Positions 1 through 10,172 of a DNA stretch of 64,000 bases are shown piece after piece. The notes beneath the pieces are model-generated. The model searched no databases and had not been told where the DNA came from. It worked only from the letters and a program-made list of their open reading frames with translations. How positions within the stretch are numbered: position 1 is the first letter of the stretch; each line of letters opens with the position of its first letter. The stretch is from contig CAWFKQ010000001.1 of NCBI GenBank assembly GCA_963816395.1, positions 48,636-112,635 on the forward strand. The letters are read 5' to 3'. This DNA comes from an uncultured delta proteobacterium. GTDB taxonomy: Bacteria > Desulfobacterota > Desulfuromonadia > Desulfuromonadales > JACZKF01. A program made the position numbers and the translations under genes.

Positions 1-2
1 AT

Positions 3-371
3 GCCGCCCGGCAGATCCGGGAGGGTGGTTCGATCACCTTCTTCTCCGGGGTGGCGGCGAAGAAACCGATTCCCGGCTTCTCCTCCTTTGCGGCGGTTAA
101 TGGAGCGATCAATGCTCTCTGCCGGGCGCTGGCGGTGGAAATCGCCCCGGTACGGGTGAACGTGGTCTCCCCGGGGATCATCGATACCCCGGCCTACGGG
201 GAGATGGCGGCGGAGGCGCGGCAGGAATTCTTCGAGCGGACTGCTGCCGCTCTGCCGGTGGGGCGGATCGGCACCCCCGCGGAAGTGGCGGAAGCCGTTC
301 TCTTCCTGATGCGAAGTGGCTTCACCACGGGCGCCGTGCTGGACGTGGACGGTGGCGGGCGGCTGGCCTGA
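3..371 (+). CDS. SDR family oxidoreductase, 5'-partial
   Basis: Frame open from the window edge; C-terminal SDR motifs RVNVVSPG and TG..LDVDGG. Confidence 0.85.
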   Translation, partial: AARQIREGGSITFFSGVAAKKPIPGFSSFAAVNGAINALCRALAVEIAPVRVNVVSPGIIDTPAYGEMAAEARQEFFERTAAALPVGRIGTPAEVAEAVLFLMRSGFTTGAVLDVDGGGRLA

Positions 372-457
372 GCTGGCCGGGACTGTTGACAAGGCAGGAG
401 AGGATTATAAAGTGGATCTGATGCCGGGCTCGGTAATTTCCCGGCGGAGGAGGCAGT

Positions 458-709
458 ATGAGCAAACGTGATAGGGGATTGCCGCCGGCACCAAATGCAC
501 GCGGTGACCTGGTGACCGAAAAAGATCAGCGGCAGCTGCGGGAAACGATGCGCCGCAAGAGCGGCAAAGAAATGGAAGGCGAAGGTGAAGATATGGCCGC
601 GGCGGGCCAGGCGGAAGGTGAACGCAGCGGCGAGCCGGCGACCAAGGTAGCGCATACGCCCGGTCAGGCGGAAGGAGAGCGGGACGAAGAGGAGAGCAGG
701 AAACTCTGA
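458..709 (+). CDS. small hydrophilic hypothetical protein (83 aa) with two GQAEGER motifs
   Basis: RBS GGAGGAGG before ATG; co-directional with the downstream genes. Confidence 0.7.
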   Translation: MSKRDRGLPPAPNARGDLVTEKDQRQLRETMRRKSGKEMEGEGEDMAAAGQAEGERSGEPATKVAHTPGQAEGERDEEESRKL

Positions 710-720
710 AGGCGGGTGCC

Positions 721-1638
721 GTGCTGCATGCGCTGCTGGTGGTCAATCGCAGGTCACGGGAGGGCAACGCCGACCTGGGAGCGGGGATCGAGCTGCTGGC
801 CAGCCGAGGCTTCTCTCTGATGGAATTCTACACCGCCGATCCGGCAGCCATTCCAGGCGTGATCCGGAAGCATCGGCGGGAGGTCGAACTGGTCATTCTC
901 GGCGGTGGCGACGGCACCCTGAACACCGCCGCCCGCAGCCTGGTGGAAAGTGGTCTGCCCATGGGTATACTGCCCATGGGGACCGCCAATGATCTGGCCC
1001 GCACCCTGCGGATCCCTTTCTCCCTGCGTGAAGCCTGCCGCGTGATCGCCGCCGGACGAAAACATCGGATCGACCTCGGCGAGGTGAACGGCCGCTATTT
1101 CTTCAATGCGGCCAGCATCGGCCTGGCGGTGCGGGTTACGCACCAGCTGTCACCGGAACTCAAGGCCCGCTGGGGGGCGCTGGCTTATGCCCGGGGCTTG
1201 CTGCGGGCGTTGCGGGAAAATCGCCCCTTCGCCGCCGAAATCGTCTGCAACGGACGGAGCCTGCGCCATCGGTCGATCCAGATTGCGGTAGGGAATGGCC
1301 GGCATTACGGCGGGGGGATGACCATAGCCGACCAGGCGATGATCGATGACCATTGTCTCAACCTCTACAGCCTGGAGCCGCAGAGCCTGTGGCGCCTGCT
1401 CCGTCTCGTCCCGGAACTGCGCCGGGGAACGGCCGGCCGGCGGCCTGGAGTGAAGCTGGTGAGCGGGCGGGAAATCTCCATCCGCACCCGTCATCCCCAA
1501 CCCGTGGTTACCGATGGAGAACTGACCACCCGGACCCCGGCCCGCTTCCGGGTGGTGGAAAGTGCGCTGCAGGTCTTTGTGCCGAAAGAGTACGGGGGCG
1601 GTCGAAGGGGAGGGAAGAATGTCGATGCTGCGCGATGA
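721..1638 (+). CDS. YegS/BmrU family lipid (diacylglycerol) kinase
   Basis: GGDGT, GTANDLA and NGRHYGGG motifs; C-terminal DGE. Confidence 0.9.
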   Translation: MLHALLVVNRRSREGNADLGAGIELLASRGFSLMEFYTADPAAIPGVIRKHRREVELVILGGGDGTLNTAARSLVESGLPMGILPMGTANDLARTLRIPFSLREACRVIAAGRKHRIDLGEVNGRYFFNAASIGLAVRVTHQLSPELKARWGALAYARGLLRALRENRPFAAEIVCNGRSLRHRSIQIAVGNGRHYGGGMTIADQAMIDDHCLNLYSLEPQSLWRLLRLVPELRRGTAGRRPGVKLVSGREISIRTRHPQPVVTDGELTTRTPARFRVVESALQVFVPKEYGGGRRGGKNVDAAR

Positions 1639-2056
1639 AAATGAAGTCGCCCTCGACGAGGTCGCTGAAACCTGCCGGGCGGCGGCTGAGCATTACCGGA
1701 CCGCCGGCGCGGTCGCCCACACCAGCGTTCTGGCCGATCTGTTTCGCCGTCTTGAGGAAAACCGGCGCCGGGGGGCCGCCGCCCTGGAGGATGAAATACG
1801 GCGGATGGGCAATCTGCCTGGAGCGCCCGATCCTGACCGCGAGGCGTTGGAACACCTCGCCACCCGCCTGAAGGCCGCCGTTGCCGCCGATGAGCGGCGC
1901 GCGTTGCTGGCGAGCTGCCTGCAAATGGAGGAGAAGCTCGCCGCCGCCGTCGATGCCGCCCTCGACCAGAACCTGCCCGCACCCACCCATGCCTTGCTGC
2001 GTCGACTGCAGACCGAAGGCTCCGCTATTCGCGAGGACCTGACGGTTGCGGACTGA
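1619..2056 (+). CDS. ferritin-like helical protein (PA2169/DUF2383-like)
   Basis: ATG 1619 after GGAGGG; pattern Y..A...L..LF......R......L..EI..MG..P. Confidence 0.6.
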   Translation: MSMLRDENEVALDEVAETCRAAAEHYRTAGAVAHTSVLADLFRRLEENRRRGAAALEDEIRRMGNLPGAPDPDREALEHLATRLKAAVAADERRALLASCLQMEEKLAAAVDAALDQNLPAPTHALLRRLQTEGSAIREDLTVAD

Positions 2057-2098
2057 TAACCGGATTTTTTCGACCCTTCCCGCTGGGCGCCAATGAAA

Positions 2099-2455
2099 TT
2101 AACTGTCTCCGGCCCCCAGGCGCCAGCCTTTTTGCTGCAGGCACTGGCGGTAGAGTTCTTTGCGGAAGCGGGCATCTCCGGGATCGAAATAGGGGTCGCG
2201 GAAAAGGGGACCTCCGTGCGAATAGTAGCGCGCGTAATCGGGGCCCTCCCACGAGTAGCGGCGCTCGCCGGGCGGGGAGAACCCACCGTAGGCTCCCAAT
2301 GATGCCTCTGCTTGCCGGTCTGCCTGATGGGCACAGACGAATTTTTTCTGTTGCAGGGAGGTCGCCCCCTCACCGGCGGTCTTCTGCCAGGCAGGACCCC
2401 CGGCGCAGCCAGCGAAGAGGAGGGCAGATAACGTCGTGATCAGCCAACCTTTCAT
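2099..2455 (-). CDS. putative lipoprotein
   Basis: MKGWLITTLSALLFAGC lipobox; C-terminal CLQQKGW. Confidence 0.7.
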   Translation of the reverse strand: MKGWLITTLSALLFAGCAGGPAWQKTAGEGATSLQQKKFVCAHQADRQAEASLGAYGGFSPPGERRYSWEGPDYARYYSHGGPLFRDPYFDPGDARFRKELYRQCLQQKGWRLGAGDS

Positions 2456-2611
2456 CTTTCGGGCCTCCATCCGTTCCCTTTTTATTTTATCCTCTTCGCA
2501 GGCTTTCGCCAGGAGCCCCCCGTCTCATGAGATTGCAACCATACCGGCCCCTGATATACTATGTGGAATTGCCAGGTGCTTGGAGATATTCAAGTTTTAG
2601 TTGGGAGGCCC

Positions 2612-5295
2612 ATGACCCCGTTCGCCAATGTCAGTCCGCAGTGGATTGAGGCGCAGTACCGGTTGTGGCGGGAAGCGCCGGAGCAGCTTCCCGCTGAGTG
2701 GCGGGCCTTTTTTCGCGGTTTCGGGCTCGGGCAGGAGGGAGAACCGACTGCCGCGACGGCGCTGGAATGCAGCAAGCAGTCCGCGGTGGATTCCCTTATT
2801 TACCGCTACCGGGACATCGGGCATCTGCTGGCCTGCACCGATCCCCTTTCCCCTTGTCCGACCGAGCATCCGCTCCTCTCCCTCTCGGCCTTTGGCCTGG
2901 AGGAGGCGGACCTGGACCGCACCTTTCATCCCCTGCGCTATCTGAAACCGAGCGCCACTCTGCGGGAAATCGTCGAAATGATGCGGGAGACCTACTGCCG
3001 CTCGATCGGCGTCGAGTACATGCACATCCAGGAGCCGGCGGAACGCCAGTGGCTGAAGGATCGCATGGAGCCCCGGCGCAACCGACCGGCATTTTCCCGC
3101 AAAATGAAGCTGCAGATCCTGGAGAAACTGCAGGAGGCGACCCTCTTCGAACAGTTCCTGCACCGCAAGTTCATCGGCCAGAAGCGATTCTCCCTGGAAG
3201 GGGGGGAAGTGCTCATCCCGCTGCTGGAGTGGGTGGTGCGCCAGGCAGCCTCAAGCGGGGTGCGGACCCTGATCCTCGGTATGCCGCACCGGGGCCGGCT
3301 GAACGTCCTGGCCACCCTCTTCAACCGTCCTCTCCCCAATATCTTCGCCGAATTCGAAGACAACCTGGAATTCGGTTTCGTCGGCGAGGGGGATGTCAAA
3401 TATCACAGGGGATTCTCCACCGACCGCAGCTTCCCGGACGGCAGCCGGATCCACCTGAGCATGGCCTCCAATCCCAGCCACCTGGAGGCGGTCGACCCGG
3501 TGGTGGAAGGGAAATGCCGGGCCCGCCAGGGCGGCTACGGGGAGGAAGGGGCGGGCAAGGTGCTGCCGCTGCTGCTGCACGGCGACGCCGCCTTCGCCGG
3601 CCAGGGAATGGTGGCCGAGACTCTCAACCTCTCCCAGCTGGAAGGTTTCAGTACCGGCGGCACCCTGCACGTGGTCCTCAACAACCAGATCGGCTTCACC
3701 ACCGTGCCCGAGGATGCCCGTTCCACGCGCTACGCCACCGATGTGGCGAAGATGCTCTCGGTCCCCATCTTCCATGTCCACGGCGAAGATCCGGAAGCGG
3801 TCCTGTTCACCGCCGGCCTGGCTCTTGAATACCGCCAGGCTTTTCGCCGGGATGTGGTGGTGGAGGTGATCTGCTACCGCCGGCAGGGACACAACGAGGG
3901 CGACGAGCCCTATTTTACCCAGCCGCTGATGTACGAGAAGATCAAGGGTCGCCCCCCTCTGGCCGAGATCTATGCCGACCGCCTGCGGGAAGAGGGGGTG
4001 TCAGAGGAAACGATCGAGGCGCAGACCGAGGCGATGCGGCGCCGGCTGGAGACATCTCTCGATGGTCAGGCCGGCCTCGCCGATCTGGTCGGTTACCGGG
4101 GGAAATGGCACGACATCGAGCGGGACTGGCAGCCTTCGCCGGTCGCCACCGGGGTGGAGAGGGAGCAGCTGCGGCAGCTGATGGAAGAGCTGACGGCGAT
4201 CCCCGAGGGCTTTTCCCCGCACCCGAAGATTGCCAAGACAGATGGATCGGCGGCTGGGAAACGGTGCAGGCGGGGGAGGGGATCGACTGGGCAACCGGCG
4301 AGGCTTTGGCTTTTGCTTCCCTGCTCGCCGAAGGGACCCCGGTGCGTTTTTCCGGCCAGGATTCGCGGCGCGGCACTTTCAGCCAGCGTCATGCCGTGCT
4401 TTTCGATGTCCACACCGGCGGCAGTTATTGCCCCTTTCAGGCCGTGACCGCCGAGGGAGCCGGTTTCCAGATCTACGACAGCATGCTGTCGGAGGCGGCG
4501 GTCCTCGGCTTCGAATACGGCTATTCCCTGGAGAGCCCGCACGGACTCACCCTCTGGGAGGCGCAGTTCGGCGATTTCGCCAACGGTGCCCAGGTCATCA
4601 TCGACCAGTTCATCGTCAGCAGCCAGACCAAGTGGGACCGGGTCAGCGGCCTGGTCCTTCTTCTGCCGCACGGGTATGAAGGGCAGGGGGCGGAGCATTC
4701 GAGCGCCCGCATCGAGCGCTTCCTGCAGCTGTGCGCCGACGACAACATCCAGGTGGCCTATCCCTCCACCCCCGCTCAGTACTTTCACCTGCTGCGGCGG
4801 CAGGTCAGGCAGCCCTTTCGCCGACCGCTGGTCGTCTTCACTCCCAAGGCCCTGCTGCGGCTCCCCCGGTGCACCTCCCGCCTGGAGGATTTCGCCGGGG
4901 AGTTCCGGGAAATCCTCCCGCCCGAAAACGCTCCGGCGCAGACCAGAATTCTCCTGCTCTGCACCGGCAAGATCTACTATGACCTGCTGGAAAAACGGCA
5001 GAAGGACGAGCGTCAGGATGTGGCACTGATGCGGATCGAACAGCTTTATCCCCTGCGCTCCGATCTGCTGGAAAAGGCGCTGGAGCCTTTCCGCCGGGCG
5101 GAAAAGATCGCCTGGGTGCAGGAGGAACCGCGCAATGCCGGCGCCTGGGGTTTCCTGCGCTCCCAACTGGCTGATCTGCTGGGGCGGGAGCCGGAATTCA
5201 TCGGCCGGCCGGCGGCGGCTTCCCCCGCCGTCGGTTCGCACCGGCTGCACAACAGCGAGCAGGCGGAAATTCTGGAGAAAGCATTTTTGCCGTGA
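2612..5295 (+). CDS. sucA: 2-oxoglutarate dehydrogenase E1 (frameshifted near 4237-4260)
   Basis: KRFSLEG, GMPHRGRLN, GDVKYH, HGDAAF, WEAQFGDFANGAQ; removing two extra bases restores AKQMDRRLETVQAGEGIDW. Confidence 0.95.
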
Positions 5296-5338
5296 AATAG
5301 GACCACGGTCCGATCTTTTGCCCCACAGGAGCAAGACC

Positions 5339-6495
5339 ATGGAGATAAAAGTCCCCGAAGTCGGCGAATCAGTGCATGAGGCGACCATCGCCAAGTGGCA
5401 TAAGCAGGACGGTGAGGCAGTCCATAAGGACGATCTGCTCTGCGAGCTGGAGACGGACAAGATCACCCTGGAACTGAACGCCGATGGCGACGGGGTGCTG
5501 GCCATCGAGATCGGGGAGGGGGAGTCGGTCGACGTCGGTGCCGTCATCGGCCGGATCGAAGAAGGGGCCGCCCCGGCGGAAGAGAAACCGGCGGCGGAAA
5601 TGAAGCCGGAAAAGAAAGAGGAAAAAAGGCCGGAAGAGACAAAAGAGGGGAAAAAAGCCGAAAGGAAAACACCGGCTCCGGCCGAAGCGCCGCCGCCGGC
5701 AACGGCAGCCCGGCGGGAGGCGAGGGAAGAGAAGCGGGAGGAAGCGCGGCGGGAGACCCCGCCCCCCCGCCCGAAGCGCCGCCGGCCACGGAGGAAGGAC
5801 GGGTCACCCGGCAGCCGATGAGCGCCATCCGCCGGCGCATCGCCGAGCGGCTGGTCGCGGTGCGGCAGCAAACGGCCATGCTCACCACTTTTAACGAAGC
5901 CGACCTGGGGCGGGTCCTCGAGCTGCGCCGCAAGCACAAGGAGAGCTTTCAGAAAAAGCACGGCGTCGGCCTGGGCCTGATGTCCTTCTTCGTCAAGGCG
6001 GCCGTCGAAGCGCTCAAGGAATACCCGGAGGTCAATGCCCGCATCGACGGGAGCGATATCCTCCTGCAGCATTTCTACGATCTCGGCATCGCCGTCGGCA
6101 CCAGCCGCGGCCTGGTGGTGCCGGTGCTGCGCGACGCCGACCGCCTGCATTTCGCCGAGATCGAGCGGCAGATCCGGGATTTCGCGGAGAAGGCCGAGAA
6201 CGGCAAGCTCTCCCTCGATGATCTGGAGGGGGGGACATTCACCATCAGCAATGGGGGGGTGTACGGCTCCATGCTCAGCACGCCCATCCTCAACCCGCCG
6301 CAGAGCGGTGTGCTCGGCATGCATGCCATACAGGAAAGGCCGGTGGCCCGGGGCGGGCAGATGGTCATCCGCCCGATGATGTATCTGGCCCTCTCCTACG
6401 ACCACCGGCTCATCGACGGCCGCCAAGCTGTCGGTTTCCTCAAGCGGATCCGGGATGTCATAGAGGAGCCGGAGGAGATGTTGTTGGAACTTTAA
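5339..6495 (+). CDS. sucB: dihydrolipoyllysine succinyltransferase E2 (frameshift in C-rich linker ~5757-5775)
   Basis: Lipoyl domain [13 protein letters not shown]; catalytic YDHRLIDG. Confidence 0.95.
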
Positions 6496-6498
6496 TAC

Positions 6499-6631
6499 AA
6501 TTCTGAATTATGAATTCTGAATTTTGAATTGAAGATCGTAACCTTGTTCCCATTGGATAGAGGTTCACCGGACTCGCTAGCTTTATGGTTTTTAGCCTTA
6601 ATTCAAAATCTAAAATTCAAAATTCAAAATT
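6499..6631. repeat. AT-rich inverted heptamer arrays, (AATTYTG)n ... (TCAAAAT)n
   Basis: About 4-5 units at 6499-6534 complementary to about 4-5 units at 6597-6631, between convergent genes. Confidence 0.75.
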
Positions 6632-6633
6632 TA

Positions 6634-7038
6634 TTATGTCTCTACCGCGATGGGATGGTCGGTGTGGGGTCCGTGGGAGAATTCCAGGACATCTTCCACC
6701 CGCACCGTCATCCGCGTCTCCACCTGCGGCAGCCCCGGTTCCTCGATCTCCGGGGCGTAACCGTTGAGGATCCCCACTTCCGAGGTGTTTTCCACCCGGC
6801 ACAGCAGCTGATAACCGGCTCCGGTGCCGGGGTCGACCACCACCACCGCCAGGCGCGGCACCTCGGCCACGTTCTCCAGGGTCTTGCGGCAGAACCAGGC
6901 TTCGAAGATCAGGTGATGCGGATCGGTAACCTTTAGCCCGCCGCCGGCCGCCAGATGCGGGCGCGCCCGCTGGTCGGCCGAAGCGACATAGGCGTAATTG
7001 ATCTCTTCGATAAAGCGCTTCATCTTGTCGGAAATCAT
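6634..7038 (-). CDS. pyridoxamine 5'-phosphate oxidase-like (split barrel) protein
   Basis: AYVASAD...PHLA, KTLENV and GYQL pattern. Confidence 0.75.
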   Translation of the reverse strand: MISDKMKRFIEEINYAYVASADQRARPHLAAGGGLKVTDPHHLIFEAWFCRKTLENVAEVPRLAVVVVDPGTGAGYQLLCRVENTSEVGILNGYAPEIEEPGLPQVETRMTVRVEDVLEFSHGPHTDHPIAVET

Positions 7039-7988
7039 GGTCTCCTCACAGTCTCGTCCAGCAGGGACTCCAGGAAGCGCTCGGCCTGCATGGCGGCCAT
7101 GCAGCCCGAACCGGCGGCGGTGATCGCCTGGCGAAAATGCGGGTCCTGCACATCGCCGGCGGCGAATACCCCGGGGACGCTGGTCTCCGTGAAGTTGTGG
7201 GTAACCAGGTAGCCTTCTTCGTCCATTTCCAGCTGACCGCTGAACAGGCCCGTATTCGGGGTATGGCCGATAGCGACGAAAACGCCGTCGCAGGGGAAAT
7301 CCTCTTCCCGGCCGCTGGGCAGGTGCTGCAGACGCACGCCGGTAACCCCCATTTTATCCTCTAGAATGGCGGTGACCAGGGTCTCCCAGCGGATGCTGAT
7401 GCGCGGGTTGTTCAGTGCCCGTTGCTGCAGGGTGGGGGTGGCGCGCAGGATGTCGCGCCGGTGCGCCACCGTGACCCGGCGGGCGAAGCGGGTGAGAAAT
7501 ATCGCTTCCTCGATCGCCGTATCCCCGCCGCCGACCACCACCACCTCCTTGTCCCGGTAGAAAAAGGCATCGCAGGTGGCGCAGACGGAGACACCGCGCC
7601 CGTAGAGGCGCCACTCGTTTTCCAGACCGAGCATCTTCGGGGAAGCGCCGGTGCTGATGATCAGGGTTTCTCCCCTGTAGATCTCCTCCCCCACCCGGAC
7701 GCGGAAAGGCCGCTCCCGCAACTCCACCCCGGTCACTTCCCCTTCAACAAAGCGGGTGCCGAAGCGCTCCGCCTGCCGACGCATGTTCTCCATCAGGGTG
7801 GGGCCATCCACCCCCTCGGGAAAGCCGGGGAAGTTCTCGATCACCGTGGTGGTGGTCAGCTGTCCGCCCGGTTGGGCACCGTCGATGAGCAGGGGACAGC
7901 AGCGGCTGCGGGCGGCGTAAATGGCGGCGGTAAGGCCTGAGGGGCCGGAGCCGAGGATGATCGTTTCGTGTACCCCCTCAACCTCCAT
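7035..7988 (-). CDS. trxB: thioredoxin-disulfide reductase
   Basis: GSGPSG, CATC, GGGDTA, GVFAAGD. Confidence 0.95.
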   Translation of the reverse strand: MEVEGVHETIILGSGPSGLTAAIYAARSRCCPLLIDGAQPGGQLTTTTVIENFPGFPEGVDGPTLMENMRRQAERFGTRFVEGEVTGVELRERPFRVRVGEEIYRGETLIISTGASPKMLGLENEWRLYGRGVSVCATCDAFFYRDKEVVVVGGGDTAIEEAIFLTRFARRVTVAHRRDILRATPTLQQRALNNPRISIRWETLVTAILEDKMGVTGVRLQHLPSGREEDFPCDGVFVAIGHTPNTGLFSGQLEMDEEGYLVTHNFTETSVPGVFAAGDVQDPHFRQAITAAGSGCMAAMQAERFLESLLDETVRRP

Positions 7989-8844
7989 CAACGGCCTCCG
8001 CGTACTGCTCTTCGGCATGGTAGGAGGAGCGTACCAGCGGCCCCGCCTCGACGTGGCGGAAGCCGAACTCCAGGGCCTGGCGGCGCCAGTCGGCGAACTC
8101 GGCCGGGGGAGCGAAGCGGGCCACCGGGTGGTGGTCTCGGCTGGGGGCGAGATACTGGCCGAGGGTGAGGAGGGAGACCCCGGCCCGGCGCAGCGCCGTC
8201 AGCGTCTCCAGCACTTCCTCCGGCGTTTCGCCCAGTCCGAGCATGATCCCCGATTTGGTCGCGAGCTCCGGGGCCATATCCCTGGCGAGCGCCAGCAGCT
8301 GCAGAGAGCGTTCATAGAAGGCGCCGCGCCGGACGGCAGGGTAGAGGCGGGGAACGGTTTCCAGGTTGTGCCCGAGGATGTCGGGGGCGGCGGCGAGGAT
8401 TGTCGCCAGGGCCCGGCGGTCGCCGGCGAGATCGGAGATCAGCAGTTCCACCCGGCAATCCGGGGCCGCCTGCCTGATCGCCCCGGTGACCGCGGCGAAG
8501 TGGGCGGCGCCGCCGTCGGCCAGGTCGTCGCGGGTGACGGTGGTGATTACCGCATGGCGCAGGCCGAGCTCTGCCACCGCGCGGGCGATCTTCGCCGGTT
8601 CGGCGGGATCGGGGGGGAGGGGCGAGCCGTCACGCACGTTGCAGAAGGCGCAGCCGCGGGTGCAGATATCCCCGAGGATCATGAAAGTGGCGGTGCCGCG
8701 GCTCCAGCATTCTCCCTGGTTGGGGCAGGCGGCGCTGCGGCAGACCGAGCGCAGCCCCTCCTGCCGGTGCCAGCGGTCAATGCGGGCGTAATTGGGGCCG
8801 GCGGGAAAGCGGACCTTAAGCCAGTCGGGCTTACGAGATTTCAT
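7978..8844 (-). CDS. lipA: lipoyl synthase
   Basis: CX4CX5C, radical SAM CTRGCAFC, VRSSY. Confidence 0.95.
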   Translation of the reverse strand: MKSRKPDWLKVRFPAGPNYARIDRWHRQEGLRSVCRSAACPNQGECWSRGTATFMILGDICTRGCAFCNVRDGSPLPPDPAEPAKIARAVAELGLRHAVITTVTRDDLADGGAAHFAAVTGAIRQAAPDCRVELLISDLAGDRRALATILAAAPDILGHNLETVPRLYPAVRRGAFYERSLQLLALARDMAPELATKSGIMLGLGETPEEVLETLTALRRAGVSLLTLGQYLAPSRDHHPVARFAPPAEFADWRRQALEFGFRHVEAGPLVRSSYHAEEQYAEAVDGG

Positions 8845-8865
8845 ACCGGAAAAAACCTTAATGGT

Positions 8866-8946
8866 TTAATGCGGAGGCGCAGAGGCGCTGAGGACGTAAA
8901 ACCTGGGACAATCGATTCTCACCGCGTCTCCGCGCCTCTGCATTAA
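8866..8946. repeat. REP-like imperfect inverted repeat with 9-nt periodicity between lipB and lipA
   Basis: TTAATGCGGAGGCGCAGAGGCG pairs with CGCGTCTCCGCGCCTCTGCATTAA. Confidence 0.75.
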
Positions 8947-9671
8947 GGCCCCCGCAGGCCCTGGCGAACAGCTCCGGGTCCATAGTCATACAGTCCGGCA
9001 TGTTCGCAGTCAAAGACCTCGACAAAGGCGGCGATGATCGCTTCCTCCACCTCGGGTAGGAGCACGGGCCGGCCAAGGAGGCGTTCCATCGACGTCATCC
9101 TCACCCCCTGGAGCCCGCAGGGGACGATGGCGGAAAAACCGGACAGATCGGCGGCAAGGTTGAGGGCGAAGCCATGCCAGCTTATCCAATGACGGACCGC
9201 GACGCCGATGGAGGCGATCTTTTCCCCCTTCACCCAGACCCCGGTTTTGCCGACGGCCCGCTCACCGGTCACGCCGAAAACGTCCAAAGTCCGGATCAGC
9301 ACCTCTTCCAGGCGGCGCAGGTGGCGGTGCAGGTCGCGCCCGTGGGGCTGCAGATCGACAATCGGATAACCGACCAGCTGCCCCGGGCCGTGAAAGGTCA
9401 CGCCGCCGCCCCGCCCAGTCTCCGCCACCTCGATGCCGTACCGCGCCAGCTCTTCCGGCGGCAGGAGCAGGTGCCCCGGACGGGCTCTCCGGCCGCAGGT
9501 GATCACCGGCGGATGCTCCAGGAGGATGAGAATATCTTCCTCCTCCCGGCGGCGGCGGTCAAGGAGGAATTCCTGCAGCGCGACGGCCTCCCGATAGGGA
9601 AGCCGTCCCGGGCACAGGGTGCGGAAGCGGCGGGCGCCGGGGCGGTCGGCCCGACCCGGCGCGCCGGCTAT
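8943..9671 (-). CDS. lipB: octanoyltransferase LipB (start codon uncertain)
   Basis: LLEHPPVITCG, RGGGVTFHGPGQ, KIASIG, HGFALN, IVPCG; frame stays open upstream of 9506 with no ATG/GTG/TTG. Confidence 0.9.
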   Translation of the reverse strand: MAGAPGRADRPGARRFRTLCPGRLPYREAVALQEFLLDRRRREEEDILILLEHPPVITCGRRARPGHLLLPPEELARYGIEVAETGRGGGVTFHGPGQLVGYPIVDLQPHGRDLHRHLRRLEEVLIRTLDVFGVTGERAVGKTGVWVKGEKIASIGVAVRHWISWHGFALNLAADLSGFSAIVPCGLQGVRMTSMERLLGRPVLLPEVEEAIIAAFVEVFDCEHAGLYDYGPGAVRQGLRGP

Positions 9672-9856
9672 TCCCAGTGGATGCAGGAGACCGGACAGGA
9701 GTCGATCGCCTCCTGGATTTTCTCCTCGGGGGCGCCGGTGGGATCGTAGACTTCGGCCAGGCCGTCATCGTCCATGCGGAAGACTTCCGGAACGGTGTCC
9801 ACGCACAGGTTGCAGCTGATGCAGACGTCCTTGTCGACGTAGGGGGTCTTGGCCAT
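9668..9856 (-). CDS. single-cluster ferredoxin
   Basis: CISCNLC ... CP, 62 aa, RBS AGGAG. Confidence 0.92.
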   Translation of the reverse strand: MAKTPYVDKDVCISCNLCVDTVPEVFRMDDDGLAEVYDPTGAPEEKIQEAIDSCPVSCIHWE

Positions 9857-9870
9857 CGGGGATCTCCTTT

Positions 9871-10029
9871 TTAGATTTTTTCAAAGTTTGATTGATCGGC
9901 GCCGCACAGCGGGCAGACCCAATCGGCAGGCAGTTCCGTGAAGGGGGTTCCGGGATCGACGCCGTTGGCGGGATCCCCTTCGGCCGGATCATAGATGTAG
10001 TCGCAAATCAGACAACGGTACCTGTCCAT
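9871..10029 (-). CDS. rubredoxin
   Basis: [10 protein letters not shown] ... WVCPLCG. Confidence 0.95.
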   Translation of the reverse strand: MDRYRCLICDYIYDPAEGDPANGVDPGTPFTELPADWVCPLCGADQSNFEKI

Positions 10030-10172
10030 TCCATTCTCCTCCTGCTGGCATGTTGGATCGGTGGATCGGGCGAAATGCACGGGTGTAAGTGTAGACGATT
10101 TCTTCCCGCCCGCAAGGCGCCCCCCAGCAAAACCCTGCAGGTGGGTCAGGGACCGGCTGATAATTGTTGGCC

